NCBI GenBank assembly: GCA_963759495.1
Contig: CAVWZL010000003.1
Coordinates: 43,234-107,233, forward strand
Reading direction: 5' to 3'
DNA from: an uncultured Chloroflexia bacterium
Lineage (GTDB): Bacteria; Chloroflexota; Limnocylindria; Limnocylindrales; CSP1-4
Length of the DNA stretch: 64,000 nt
Below the pieces are notes generated by a model. That model ran no database searches and had not been told where the DNA came from. It was given only the letters and a program-made list of their open reading frames with translations. A program made the translations under genes and the position numbers. This document shows, one piece after another, positions 43,626 through 53,813 of the stretch; the stretch's first letter is position 1, and each line of letters begins with the position of its first letter.

Positions 43626-44600
43626 GTGCAGACGTCCCGACAGCCAACGAGCGAGTTCGAGCAGCTCGTCCGCGCCAGCCGGCTCTATTACGAGCTCGGT
43701 GAGACGCAGAACGCCATCGCGGCCCAGCTGGGGGTAACACGGCCGCAGGTGTCGCGCCTGCTGAAGCGGGCCCGCGCCGAGGGTATCGTCGAGATCCGCA
43801 TCGTCGATCGCACGACGGCTGACTCGCCTGCAGGGGACGAGCTGCGGGGCACGTACGACCTCGAAGCCGTCCATCTCGCTCCCACGATCAAGGGCCCGGA
43901 GGATCTGACGAGGCGCATGGTCGGCCGGCTCGCAGCGCAGGTCCTGCGTGCGGCGGTGCGCGACGGGATGATCGTCGGCATCGGTGATGGCGCTTCCATC
44001 TCCGCGGTGGCGGATGCCCTCGACGAGGCGCCCGCCGCAGTGTCGGCCACCGTCGTGCCGCTCGCCGGCGGTCACTGGACCGCGGGACCTGAACGCGAGC
44101 CCTTCCGTCGGATCGCCGACGCCCTCGGTGCCCAGGTGCAGGGACTCATGTCGCCGGGACTGGTCGATGACGCTGCGACGCGTCGATCGCTCGCCGCGCA
44201 TGCCGGCGTTCGCGCGGTCCTCGACCTGTGGGAGCGGGTGGACCTGGCCTGCTTCGGGATCGGCGGGCGCAGCTGGAGCACGGCCTCGGTCGGCGAAGCA
44301 GTCGAACGGGAGCTCGACACGGCCGAGGCCGTCGGCGAGGTGCTCATCGCGCCGTTCGACCTGGATGGCAGGTTCGTGTGCGAGCCCTTGCGGGAGCGGG
44401 TCATCGCCTTCGATGCCCGTGGCCTCGGCCGCGTCGCGACGTCGATCGGGGTGGGCTCGGGCGAGTCCAAGGTTCGGCCGATCCTCGGCGCATTGCGTGC
44501 CGGCGTCGTGAAGACGCTCGTGACGGACGTCGCGACTGCCGAAGCAGTCGTCGCCCTCGACCGAGCGACGCTCAGCGGTCCGTCGGGCGTGGCCAGATGA
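43626..44600 (+). CDS. SorC/DeoR-family sugar-binding transcriptional regulator
   Basis: N-terminal HTH (QNAIAAQLGVTRPQVSRLL) followed by a SorC sugar-binding domain. Confidence 0.75.
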   Translation: MQTSRQPTSEFEQLVRASRLYYELGETQNAIAAQLGVTRPQVSRLLKRARAEGIVEIRIVDRTTADSPAGDELRGTYDLEAVHLAPTIKGPEDLTRRMVGRLAAQVLRAAVRDGMIVGIGDGASISAVADALDEAPAAVSATVVPLAGGHWTAGPEREPFRRIADALGAQVQGLMSPGLVDDAATRRSLAAHAGVRAVLDLWERVDLACFGIGGRSWSTASVGEAVERELDTAEAVGEVLIAPFDLDGRFVCEPLRERVIAFDARGLGRVATSIGVGSGESKVRPILGALRAGVVKTLVTDVATAEAVVALDRATLSGPSGVAR

Positions 44601-46054
44601 CTCGCGAGCAAGCCGTTCTCGGTCTCGATCTTGGGACGAACGAGGTCAAGGCCGGGCTCGTCACGCTCGACGGTCGCCTCCTGGCGTCGGCTCGTGCCGG
44701 GTACGCCATGGAGCTGGGCGGGGAGTCGGGGTGGGCCGAGCAGGATCCCGCCGCATGGTGGGATGCGGTCGTCGCGGCCGTCCGCGAGCTCGTCGCCCGG
44801 GACGTGGCGGAGATCGTCGCCGTGTCCGCCGACGGTCACGGGCCGACGCTCGTCGCGGTCGACGCCGACGCAGCGGCCACGCGCCCCGCCATCACCTGGC
44901 TCGACACCCGGTCGACCGGGGAGGCGGACGAGCTCGGTGCCCGAACCGGGGTGCGCGGCTGGGCCCTGGGTGGGCTGCCGGCCGCGCTCTGGGTCGAGCG
45001 GCACGAGCCCGAGGTCGCGAGCCGCACACGCTGGTACCTCGCGACCTGGGAGTACCTCGCGCTCCGGTTGACTGGTGTGGCCGTCGCGCCCCGCGTTGCG
45101 AACCAGCTCGTCGCCGAGCCCCCGGATATCGCCGCGGCCGGTATTCCGCTGGACAAGCTGCCGCCAACCGGCAGTGCAGGCACGGTCGTTGGGGCGGTCA
45201 CCGAGGTGGCGGCCAGCGTCACCGGCCTTGCCACGGGCACGCCCGTGGTCGGCGGGATGGTCGACGCCTTCGCGAGCTACCTCGGGGCGGGCCTGCTGCA
45301 GCCGGGAGACGCCTTCGATCCGGGCGGGACGGCCGGTGGTCTTGGCGTCTACTGGGATCGGCCCGTTCACGTGCCCGGCGGGTTCGTGACGCCCGCCCCG
45401 CTTCCCGGCATGTACAGCGTGGGTGCCGCGATGGCCGCGACCGGTCGAGCGCTCGACTGGCTCCGCCGCGAGGTCCTCGGCGGCACCGTCTCGACCGCGG
45501 ACCTGCTCGACGAGGTGGCAGCGACCCCGCCCGGCGCCGACGGCCTCGTCTTCCTGCCCTACCTGGCGGGGGAGCGGTCGCCGATCTGGGACCCAACCGC
45601 GCGAGGGGTCCTTGCCGGCCTGACGCTCGGCCATGGTCGCGGACACATCGCCCGCGCAGTTGTAGAAGGATCGGCCCTCGCCCTGCGGCACGTCGCCGCG
45701 CCGATGCTCGCTGCCGGGGTCACCGTGCGCGACCTGCGGGTCTGTGGCGGCCCGGCCCGAAGCGACGTCTGGAACCAGGTCAAGGCGGACGTCACCGGCT
45801 TCCGCGTGCTCGTGCCCAAGGTGCTCGAGACGGGCGTCGTCGGCTCCGCGATCCTTGGCGCTGTCGGGATCGGGGCGCATCCGGATCTTCGCACGGCGAT
45901 CGGGGCGATGACCGGGATCGACCGGTCGCTCGAGCCGCGCGACGAGCATCGAGCGACGTACGACGCGCTGTATCGGGCGTACACGGCCCTCTACCCGGCA
46001 ACCGCGCCAATCCTCCGGCCCCTGCACGTGCCCGAGCCGGTGGTCGTTCGATGA
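44597..46054 (+). CDS. FGGY-family carbohydrate kinase (xylulokinase-like)
   Basis: VLGLDLGTNEVKAGL N-terminal motif and FGGY C-terminal domain. ATGA overlap with the regulator gene. Confidence 0.8.
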   Translation: MTREQAVLGLDLGTNEVKAGLVTLDGRLLASARAGYAMELGGESGWAEQDPAAWWDAVVAAVRELVARDVAEIVAVSADGHGPTLVAVDADAAATRPAITWLDTRSTGEADELGARTGVRGWALGGLPAALWVERHEPEVASRTRWYLATWEYLALRLTGVAVAPRVANQLVAEPPDIAAAGIPLDKLPPTGSAGTVVGAVTEVAASVTGLATGTPVVGGMVDAFASYLGAGLLQPGDAFDPGGTAGGLGVYWDRPVHVPGGFVTPAPLPGMYSVGAAMAATGRALDWLRREVLGGTVSTADLLDEVAATPPGADGLVFLPYLAGERSPIWDPTARGVLAGLTLGHGRGHIARAVVEGSALALRHVAAPMLAAGVTVRDLRVCGGPARSDVWNQVKADVTGFRVLVPKVLETGVVGSAILGAVGIGAHPDLRTAIGAMTGIDRSLEPRDEHRATYDALYRAYTALYPATAPILRPLHVPEPVVVR

Positions 46055-46908
46055 CCGATCGCCCCGTCCCCGTGGCTGGGCCCGGCACGATCGAGCTGGC
46101 TGGCGTCACGCTCGCCTTTCCGACGCGCACCGGCGTGCCGCACCCGGTGCTCGGCGGCGTCGATCTGGTGGTCCCGGGTGGCGAGGTGATCGCCCTGATC
46201 GGTCCCAATGGCTGCGGGAAGTCCACGCTGCTCCGCGTGATTGCCGGCTTGCTCACGCCACAGGGCGGCGCAGTCCGGCTGGACGGCACGACCGTTGCCG
46301 GCCCTGATGCACGTGTCGGACTCGTGTTCCAGGAGCCGCGGCTGCTGCCCTGGAGGACAGCGGCGGCGAACATCACGTACCCGCTCGAGCTGGCCGGTTG
46401 GGATGGACCACGACGCGCGGCGCGGCTCGCCGAGCTGCTCGAGCTCACCCGGCTCGACGAGGCCGCAGCCGCAACCCGGCCCGGGGAGCTCTCGGGCGGC
46501 CAACGGCAGCGGGTCGCGCTGGCACGGGCGCTCGCGCTCCAGCCCCAGGTCCTGCTCCTCGACGAGCCGTTCAGCGCGCTCGACGCCCTGACGCGCGAGC
46601 GGTTCGATCTCGAGCTCCTCGCCCTCTGGGAGCGCGCAGCGACCACGATCGTGCTCGTCACGCACAGCATCGCCGAGGCGATCCTCGTCGCCGACCGTGT
46701 GGTCGTGATGAGCCCGCGACCCGGTCGGATCGTGGCCGACCTGCCCGTCGACCTGCCGCGCCCGCGGACGCTCGCGGACATGGATGCGGCCGTGGTGTCC
46801 TCGACGGCCCGTCAGATCCGCGCGTTCCTCGGGGAGCCTGCGGCGGAACCCGTGGCGGCCGGCCAGACGACGGGGCGGCCCGACTCCCATCTGGAGGTCG
46901 CCTCGTGA
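46051..46908 (+). CDS. ABC transporter ATP-binding protein, NitT/TauT (SsuB-like) family
   Basis: GPNGCGKST, LSGGQRQRVALARAL. ATGA overlap. Confidence 0.85.
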   Translation: MTDRPVPVAGPGTIELAGVTLAFPTRTGVPHPVLGGVDLVVPGGEVIALIGPNGCGKSTLLRVIAGLLTPQGGAVRLDGTTVAGPDARVGLVFQEPRLLPWRTAAANITYPLELAGWDGPRRAARLAELLELTRLDEAAAATRPGELSGGQRQRVALARALALQPQVLLLDEPFSALDALTRERFDLELLALWERAATTIVLVTHSIAEAILVADRVVVMSPRPGRIVADLPVDLPRPRTLADMDAAVVSSTARQIRAFLGEPAAEPVAAGQTTGRPDSHLEVAS

Positions 46909-47663
46909 CGAGCTCGCGGTTGCGTGGCTCGCTGCCCGTCCTGGTTGCGCTGGTGACGTTCCTCGGCGCCTGGCAGCTGGCGGTCGTGCTCGGCGGCCTG
47001 CAGCCCTCGATCCTGCCGCCACCCGGGCGCGTTGCCGACCGGTTTCTCCAGGCGTTTCGTGACGGGACGATCCAGCCGCACCTCGGGGTCACGCTGACCG
47101 AGATCGCGTGGGGTTTCGGCATCGGGGCCGTGCTGGCATTGACCGTCGGGTACGCGATGGCCCGCTCCCGGCTCGCCGAGCGCCTCCTGTCGCCATACAT
47201 CGTCGCCGCGCAGGCGATCCCGATCCTCGCGCTCGCCCCGCTGCTCACGATCTGGTTCGGGACGGGGCTCGTGAGCAAGGCCGTGATCTGCGCCCTCATC
47301 GTGTTCTTCCCGATCGCGGTCGCGACGATGGTGGGCGTTCGATCGGTGGACGAGAAGCTCGTCGAGCTCGGGCGCAGCCTTCGGGCGACCCGCCGGCAGC
47401 TGCTCTGGACGATCGAGGTCCCGGCCGCGCTGCCATCGATCTTCGGCGGGCTGCGCGTCGGGGTCACGCTGTCGGTGATCGGCGCCATCGTCGGGGAGTG
47501 GGCCGCGCCAAGCCGTGGGCTCGGCGTCCTGATGCTCCAGGCGCGCGGTGCCCTGTTCGATATCCCGCTGATGTTCGCGACGCTGCTGACGATCGCGCTC
47601 GTCGGCATCGCGCTCTACCTGATCGTCGTCCTCGTGGAGCGCCGGCTCGTCGGCGCCCGCTGA
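46905..47663 (+). CDS. ABC transporter permease, NitT/TauT (SsuC-like) family
   Basis: 6-TM BPD_transp_1 profile. GTGA overlap. Confidence 0.8.
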   Translation: MTSSRLRGSLPVLVALVTFLGAWQLAVVLGGLQPSILPPPGRVADRFLQAFRDGTIQPHLGVTLTEIAWGFGIGAVLALTVGYAMARSRLAERLLSPYIVAAQAIPILALAPLLTIWFGTGLVSKAVICALIVFFPIAVATMVGVRSVDEKLVELGRSLRATRRQLLWTIEVPAALPSIFGGLRVGVTLSVIGAIVGEWAAPSRGLGVLMLQARGALFDIPLMFATLLTIALVGIALYLIVVLVERRLVGAR

Positions 47664-47682
47664 ACCGTCACCGGAGGTCTCC

Positions 47683-48774
47683 GTGTCCGCTCGCTCCATT
47701 CGGTCAAACCGGTCCGCCGCCCTGTTGGCGGTCGGTGCGCTCATCGCGCTGCTTGCCGGCTGCGGGCCGTCGACAACCGCGCCGCCGGTCGAGAGCGACG
47801 GCCCCGACGGGTCGGCGTCCGCCGGCACGACGTCCCCGACGCCCGCCGGAAGCCTCCCGCCGGTCGAGCTCGTGGTGGGGCTCGGCTACATCCCGAGCGT
47901 CCAGTTCGCCCCGTTCTACTACGCGCAGCAGCAGGGCTACTACGAGGAGGCCGGGCTGATCGTCGAGTTCCAGAACCGCATCGATCCCGACCTCATCACG
48001 CTCGTCGGCCAGGGCACGATCGACATCGGGCTCGGGGACGGGACGAGCGTCATCCCCGCCGTCAGCCAGGGCATCCCTGTGCGCTACATGGCCACGGTGT
48101 ACGGCAAGTTCCCCTCGATCGTGTTCGCGAAGGAGTCGGCCGGGATCGAGACCGCTGCCGACCTTGCGGGAAAGCGTCTGGGGACGCCGGGGCGGTTCGG
48201 GTCGAGCTGGGTGATGGTGCAGGCACTGCTCGGGTCGGCCGGTCTCTCCGAGGAAGACCTCGAGATCGTCGAGTACCCCGATTTCGGCCAGGGTGCGGCG
48301 GTGGCGGCGGGCGCGGTCGATGCCGCCACCGGATTTGCGAACAACGAGCCCGTGCAGCTCGAGCTGGGCGGGGACCCGGCATCGCTCCTGCGCGTCGACG
48401 AGATCGTGCCGCTGCCGGGTCCGGGGCTCATCGCCGGCGTCGGGACGCTCGAGGAGCAGCCCGAAGCCGTCCAGGCCTTCGTCGTTGCCACGCTCAGGGC
48501 GATGGAGGAGGTCAGCGCGGATCCAGCCGCCGGACTTGACGCCGCAATCGAGGCCGTGCCCGAGCTCGCGACCGACCGTGCGACACAGGAGGCCATCCTT
48601 GCGGCCACGATCGACGCGTGGAGGGGGACGCTCCAGGCCGAGCGCGGGCTGGGGGCGGTCGATCGCGACGGCTGGCAGGAGTCGATTGCGTTCCTCGAGG
48701 ACCTCGGTCTCGTCCCGAACCCGATCACGATCGAGGACGTGCTCCGCGACGATCTCCTGCCGCCCGGCGACTGA
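47683..48774 (+). CDS. ABC transporter substrate-binding lipoprotein, NMT1/THI5/SsuA-like
   Basis: Lipobox LAGC. Periplasmic-binding fold typical of NitT/TauT systems. Confidence 0.75.
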   Translation: MSARSIRSNRSAALLAVGALIALLAGCGPSTTAPPVESDGPDGSASAGTTSPTPAGSLPPVELVVGLGYIPSVQFAPFYYAQQQGYYEEAGLIVEFQNRIDPDLITLVGQGTIDIGLGDGTSVIPAVSQGIPVRYMATVYGKFPSIVFAKESAGIETAADLAGKRLGTPGRFGSSWVMVQALLGSAGLSEEDLEIVEYPDFGQGAAVAAGAVDAATGFANNEPVQLELGGDPASLLRVDEIVPLPGPGLIAGVGTLEEQPEAVQAFVVATLRAMEEVSADPAAGLDAAIEAVPELATDRATQEAILAATIDAWRGTLQAERGLGAVDRDGWQESIAFLEDLGLVPNPITIEDVLRDDLLPPGD

Positions 48775-48879
48775 GGCGCAACGGGGGCGCCGGACCCGTA
48801 TCCCGAGCGGATTTGGCCATTTTCGGGCATACTATTCCGATCCCGGTCACGTCTGCGTGGCCTGCCATGCCCAGGGGAG

Positions 48880-49074
48880 ATGCATCGCTTGAACACCCGT
48901 CCACCCGCCAAGCCCGTCACCCCCGAGCCGTTCAAGCACGTCATCGACGAGTACAAGCACCGCGACCAGACGATCACCTGCACGTGTGGCTGGCACGGCA
49001 GCTCGGCACAGATCGATCGCGGTCCGTCGGAGTGGACGGCGCACCTCATCGAGGTTCGCGGCAAGAAGCGCTAG
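48880..49074 (+). CDS. small hypothetical protein (64 aa)
   Basis: Intact ORF in the intergenic region with a Cys/His pair (CTCGWH). Coding status uncertain. Confidence 0.25.
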   Translation: MHRLNTRPPAKPVTPEPFKHVIDEYKHRDQTITCTCGWHGSSAQIDRGPSEWTAHLIEVRGKKR

Positions 49075-49149
49075 CCCCTCGGGTTTGCGATCGCCACGTT
49101 CTGATACGCGCGGTCGGTCCCTGACCGCGGCCTGACCGCACCTCGGCGC

Positions 49150-49159
49150 GTGCTAGCAT
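49150..49159 (+). promoter_or_regulatory. putative extended -10 (GTGCTAGCAT) for the amidohydrolase gene
   Basis: Identical 13-mer CGTGCTAGCATCG as upstream of glgC. A GTG lies 9 nt downstream at 49168, which would suit a leaderless start. Confidence 0.35.
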
Positions 49160-49167
49160 CGCCGACC

Positions 49168-50520
49168 GTGACCCCCCGTTCGCTCCTCCCCGAGCGCGCG
49201 CCGTTCGCCCTCCGGGCGCGACTCCTGACACCGCTCGACGACGGTGGCACGTTGCATGAGCCCGATGGTCTGCTCGTGGTCGACGCCGGCGGTCGGATCT
49301 CGTTCGTGGGTGCGGCATCGGAGCGCCCGGCCGACGTTGAGGGTGCCGTCGATGTCCGGCCGTGGGTCGTCATGCCGGGCATGGTCGATCTTCACGCGCA
49401 CCTGCCGCAGCTACCCAACGCGGGTCTCGGGGCCGGACTCGATCTCCTGACCTGGCTTCGCGGGTACGTCTTTCCCGTCGAGCGCGACTTCTCGGCGGAG
49501 CGGGCCGCGATCGCAGCGCCGGCCGCGTGGCGCGCCTTTGCTGCAGCCGGCACCACGACCGCCCTCGTGTACGGGGCCGTCTTCGAAGCGAGCCTCGACG
49601 TCGCCTTCGCGGCGGCCGAGGAGCACGGCATTCGTGCGGTGATCGGCAAGGTGATGATGGATCGGATCACCTACGACGAGACGATCGATCCCGCGACGAT
49701 CCTCGACCGGTCGCTGCGCGAGTCGACCGACCTGTGTGCGCGCTGGCACATGCGCGACGAGGGCCGGCTCCGGTACGCGTTCACGCCGCGATTCGCCGTC
49801 TCGTGCTCGGCCGACATGCTGCGCGAGTCAGCCGCGGCGGCGCGTGCGGCGGGGGCGTACTGGCAGACGCACGTCTCCGAGGACCGCGGCGAGATCGCGG
49901 AGGTTGCCCGGCTGTTTCCAGAGGCGCTCGACTACGTCGACGTGTACGACCGCGCCGGCGCGCTGGGGGAGTCGACGGTGCTCGCCCACGCGGTCCACCT
50001 GTCCGATCGCGAGCTGGCCCGCCTCGTCGAGACCGGGACGCGGGTTGCCCATTGCCCGGCGTCCAACCTGTTCCTTGCCTCGGGCGTGATGCCGCTTGGC
50101 CGGTACCTGGAGGCCGGCTTGATGGTGGGGCTCGGGTCTGACGTGTCGGCGGGGCCCGACCTGTCGATCTTCGGCGCGATGCGCGTGGGCTTCTACGCGT
50201 GGAACGCGCTGCGGGTGGAGGGCCGGCTCACTGCGCCGGTGCTCCCGCCCCTCGAGTGGCTGCGGATGGGCACGCTCGGCGGCGCCCGGGTGCTGGGCAT
50301 TGACGACGCTGTCGGATCGCTGGAGGCCGGCAAGGAAGCCGACGTGATCGTCGTGGACCCGTCGCTCGTGGCGCCGGTCCCGGGCGAGGAGGACGACGCG
50401 GCCGAGGACCTCATCAGCCGGCTCATGTTCCGGGCTCACCCCGACATGGTCCGTGCCGCGTGGGTGCGCGGCCGAGCGCTCGCCGGTCCCGGCGACCGCG
50501 CCGCCGGCCTCACAGGATGA
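49168..50520 (+). CDS. amidohydrolase, guanine/cytosine-deaminase (ATZ/TRZ) family
   Basis: Metal-binding HAHLPQ, HVSED, HAVHLSD and GSDVSAG motifs. The ORF-track start at 49150 overlaps the putative -10, so the next GTG at 49168 is preferred as start. Confidence 0.7.
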   Translation: MTPRSLLPERAPFALRARLLTPLDDGGTLHEPDGLLVVDAGGRISFVGAASERPADVEGAVDVRPWVVMPGMVDLHAHLPQLPNAGLGAGLDLLTWLRGYVFPVERDFSAERAAIAAPAAWRAFAAAGTTTALVYGAVFEASLDVAFAAAEEHGIRAVIGKVMMDRITYDETIDPATILDRSLRESTDLCARWHMRDEGRLRYAFTPRFAVSCSADMLRESAAAARAAGAYWQTHVSEDRGEIAEVARLFPEALDYVDVYDRAGALGESTVLAHAVHLSDRELARLVETGTRVAHCPASNLFLASGVMPLGRYLEAGLMVGLGSDVSAGPDLSIFGAMRVGFYAWNALRVEGRLTAPVLPPLEWLRMGTLGGARVLGIDDAVGSLEAGKEADVIVVDPSLVAPVPGEEDDAAEDLISRLMFRAHPDMVRAAWVRGRALAGPGDRAAGLTG

Positions 50521-51157
50521 CAACGGCGCTGCCGCCCGGATCACGACCGGCCGCAAGGGCAGCGAGGATGTCGCGCTGCTGGACGCTGCCGGGCTGTGAC
50601 TCGCGGGCCTCCCTGACGGCCAGGCGGTTGCCGCGCGAGTCTGCGACGAGCAGCAGCACGTGATCCAGTTGGCCGTCGCGCACCTTGAGGGCGAGCTTCC
50701 GCTGGACGGCCTGCAGATCGCGCAGGCGTGTCTCGGCCTCGACTCCGATCGCCCAGCCCGCGCCCGAGATGACGGCATCCCAGGCCCGGCGGTCACCGGC
50801 GATGGCAAGCGGGACCTCGGTGCGCCATCGAAGGCCCGGATGGACCCGCGCCTTAAGCCGCTCGAGGAGCGCGAGGTGGGCGGTGTCGCGAACCGCGTCC
50901 CCTCCGGGGTAGAACCGCAGGGCCATGTCGAGGCCGACGACCGACGCGAGGCGAGCGAGGAGCTCCACGCTCACCTCGGGCTCCTGGCCGCGCTCGACGC
51001 GCCCGACGGTCGAATGCGAGACGAGTGCTTCGCGCGCAACGGCTCTCTGGCTCAGCCCTGCGGTGATACGCGCGAGTCGGAGCTCGCGGGCTGCCTCAGA
51101 CCGATGCCGCTCCGCGGCGCGTCGGGCACGTTCCACCGCGCGCTCCCGGGTTCCCAT
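50510..51157 (-). CDS. XRE-family HTH transcriptional regulator with an uncharacterised C-terminal domain
   Basis: HTH: RITAGLSQRAVAREALVSHSTVGRVERG. The C-terminal ~130 aa has no match I recognise. Confidence 0.6.
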   Translation of the reverse strand: MGTRERAVERARRAAERHRSEAARELRLARITAGLSQRAVAREALVSHSTVGRVERGQEPEVSVELLARLASVVGLDMALRFYPGGDAVRDTAHLALLERLKARVHPGLRWRTEVPLAIAGDRRAWDAVISGAGWAIGVEAETRLRDLQAVQRKLALKVRDGQLDHVLLLVADSRGNRLAVREARESQPGSVQQRDILAALAAGRDPGGSAVVIL

Positions 51158-51428
51158 CGGGCCAAGGATGCAAAGCGTGGCTCACCTGCGGCGTATCGCT
51201 CGCGGCCTGGATCGCCAGACGTTCCAACGGGCGAACGACATCGGCCCGCGCACCCTGTGGCCGGCCCCTTGGAACGGCCGACGTTCCAGCCGACCGTTTC
51301 AGGTTCCCCGGGCGGTCGCCTGGGACGCCCAGCGGTCCATACGACCCTGGGGTCAGGGCTCGTTCGCTGGTTGGAACGGCAGGCGTTCCAGAGGCGGGCG
51401 GCCACCGCCCCAGGACGGGGGGACCGCT

Positions 51429-53028
51429 GTGAGTGACGTCGTGGACATCGTCATCCGGGGCGGCACGGTCGTGGACGGGACCGGAGCCGCCGGCAGGCCC
51501 GCGACCGTCCTCGTGGAGGGGGACGCCATCAGGCTCATCCCGGCCGGCGTGGAACCGCCACCTGCGGGACGGACCATCGATGCCACGGGACGGGTCGTGG
51601 CGCCCGGGTTCATCGACCTGCACAGCCACGGCGGCCTCGAGATCCTGGCCAACCCGCGTCACGAGCCCAAGGTGCGCCAGGGCGTGACCACGGAGGTCGT
51701 CGGCGTGGACGGGCTGAGCTTCGCACCGATCCCGAACCGGGAGGATCTCGACGCGCTGATCGAGATGGACGCCGGTCTCGATGGCGATCCGCCGATCGCG
51801 CATGACTGGGATTCGGTCGCGAGCCTCCTTGTGCGCTACGACGGCGGCATCGCCGTAAACGTGGCGACGCTCATCGGCAACTCAGCGCTCAGGATCGCAA
51901 CCATGGGCTGGAGCGACGACGAAGTCGGGCCCGACGAGCTGAACCGCATGCGCACGTACCTGCGGGAAGGGATCGAGGAGGGCGCGGTCGGCCTGAGCAG
52001 CGGCCTCGACTACCCGCCCGGCAGCTACGCGGCCACGGAGGAGCTCGCCGCGCTCACCCAGGAGGCGGGCAGGGCCGGCGGCTTCTACCACACCCACGTC
52101 CGGTACACGCTCGGTGACCGCTACATGGACCCGTTTCTCGAGGCGATCGAGATCGGCCGGAGAGCCGGAGCACCAGCGCACATCACGCACTTCTATCACC
52201 GCCAGACGCACCCGGGCGGCCCCGAGCCGCTGCTGGCGCTTGTCGACGACGCCCGTGGCGAGGGGCTCGACGTGACGTTCGATACCTACCCCTATGAGTG
52301 GGCCAGCACGAGGCTCCTCATCCAGCTTCCCGGGCTGGATCCAGGACGGCGGCCCAGGCCCGCTCAAGGAACGACTCGCCGACACCACAGCGAGGGACAG
52401 GCTTCGCCGGGAGCTCCGCGAGCGCGGTGCCGCCTACACGAGCCCCGCCGGCTGGGCCGACGTCCGGCTCGGTGCCTTTCGATCGCCGGCCAACCTGCAC
52501 TGGGAGGCACACACGGTTGCCGACCTGATGCAGGCGACGGGGAAGGACGCCGTCGACGTGATCTGCGACCTGCTCCTCGCCGAGAGCCTGCGGGTCAACC
52601 AGGTCACGAGCGGACCCTGGGCGGAGACGCTGCGCCCCTTCGTCCAGCATCCGGTCGGCATGGTGGGCACGGACTCAACGTTCGTCGGGGCCAAGCCCAG
52701 CCCGCGAACCTACGGATCGTTCCCGCGGATCCTCGGCCAGTTCGTGCGCGACGAGGCGCTGCTCAGCCTGGAGGAGGCCGTGCGCAAGATGACCTCCGCG
52801 CCCGCCGCGCGGCTCGGACTCGAGCGCAGGGGAACGCTGCGGGACGGGGCGATCGCGGACATCGTGATCTTCGATCCGGCGACGGTCCGGGCGACCGCCA
52901 CGTACGACGAGCCGCGCTCCTACCCGGTCGGGATCGAGACCGTGATCGTGAACGGCGTCCTCGTCGTCGACGAGGGCACCCACACCGGCGCGCTTCCCGG
53001 GCGCGGCATCAGGAAGGGCCGGGACTAG
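51429..53028 (+). CDS. N-acyl-D-amino-acid deacylase (D-aminoacylase) family amidohydrolase, with an apparent frameshift near 52335
   Basis: N-terminal IVIRGGTVVDGTG...GFIDLHSHG in ORF 50925..53825. C-terminal domain in ORF 52294..53028. The extra C sits in CCCGGGCTGG. Confidence 0.75.
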
Positions 53029-53813
53029 ACCTCGGCCCGGCGGGCCGTCGCGCCGTTCGACACGTCCGCCGAGATGGGTGCCGGCACTTCCGCGGCCCGC
53101 AGCGCATTTTGATGCATCTCGCCGAACATCCGCTCGGTCGCCGCGCGGCCAGCTTCGTGCAGGCTGTCGTCGCCGGTGGCGCTCGCCCAGCCGATCGCAA
53201 GGCGCAGGGTGACGGCACCGGACTCGAGCCACAGGTCGCAGGTGCGGCGGACGCGCTCGACGTAGTGGATTGCCTGGATCTCGTCGGTCTCCGGCAGCAG
53301 GACGCCAAACCGTCCCCGGTCGAGCCGGGCAACATGGTCCGCCTCGCGGGCCAGGCGCTTGACTGTCTCGGCGACCGCCGGGATCAGGCGTTCGCCGGCT
53401 GCCTCACCGAGGCGGGAGGTCAGTCGGTCGAGCCCGTCGAGCTCGATCATCACGATCGTCGCGGCACGGCGATATCGTCGGACACGGGCGTCCTCATCGG
53501 CGATGACCCGACCCCAGCCGGTCGGCGTCAGCATCCCGGTCGCGGGGTCGGTGCCGGCCAATCCGGGGTCATCACCGGTGTTCGAGTCGGCGGCTCGCGC
53601 ACGCACCGGCGCGGGGACCGTCTCATGCAGCGTCATCGCGGTGTAGCCGCGGTCGGCGGTGTCGAACGCGACGGAGGCCGATCCGGCCGACGCAGCGGCC
53701 AGCGACCGTCCACCGCGACGCGTGAAGCGCGGCACGGCGACGGCCAGGGCGATGAGGATCGCGGTCGCCACGAGGGCAGCCACGAGCAGATACGTGACGG
53801 TGTCTTTATCCAT
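53025..53813 (-). CDS. membrane-anchored degenerate GGDEF-domain protein
   Basis: One TM. GGDEF fold with RLDRGRFGVLLPET in place of the RYGGEEF active site, so probably catalytically inactive. Confidence 0.6.
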   Translation of the reverse strand: MDKDTVTYLLVAALVATAILIALAVAVPRFTRRGGRSLAAASAGSASVAFDTADRGYTAMTLHETVPAPVRARAADSNTGDDPGLAGTDPATGMLTPTGWGRVIADEDARVRRYRRAATIVMIELDGLDRLTSRLGEAAGERLIPAVAETVKRLAREADHVARLDRGRFGVLLPETDEIQAIHYVERVRRTCDLWLESGAVTLRLAIGWASATGDDSLHEAGRAATERMFGEMHQNALRAAEVPAPISADVSNGATARRAEV

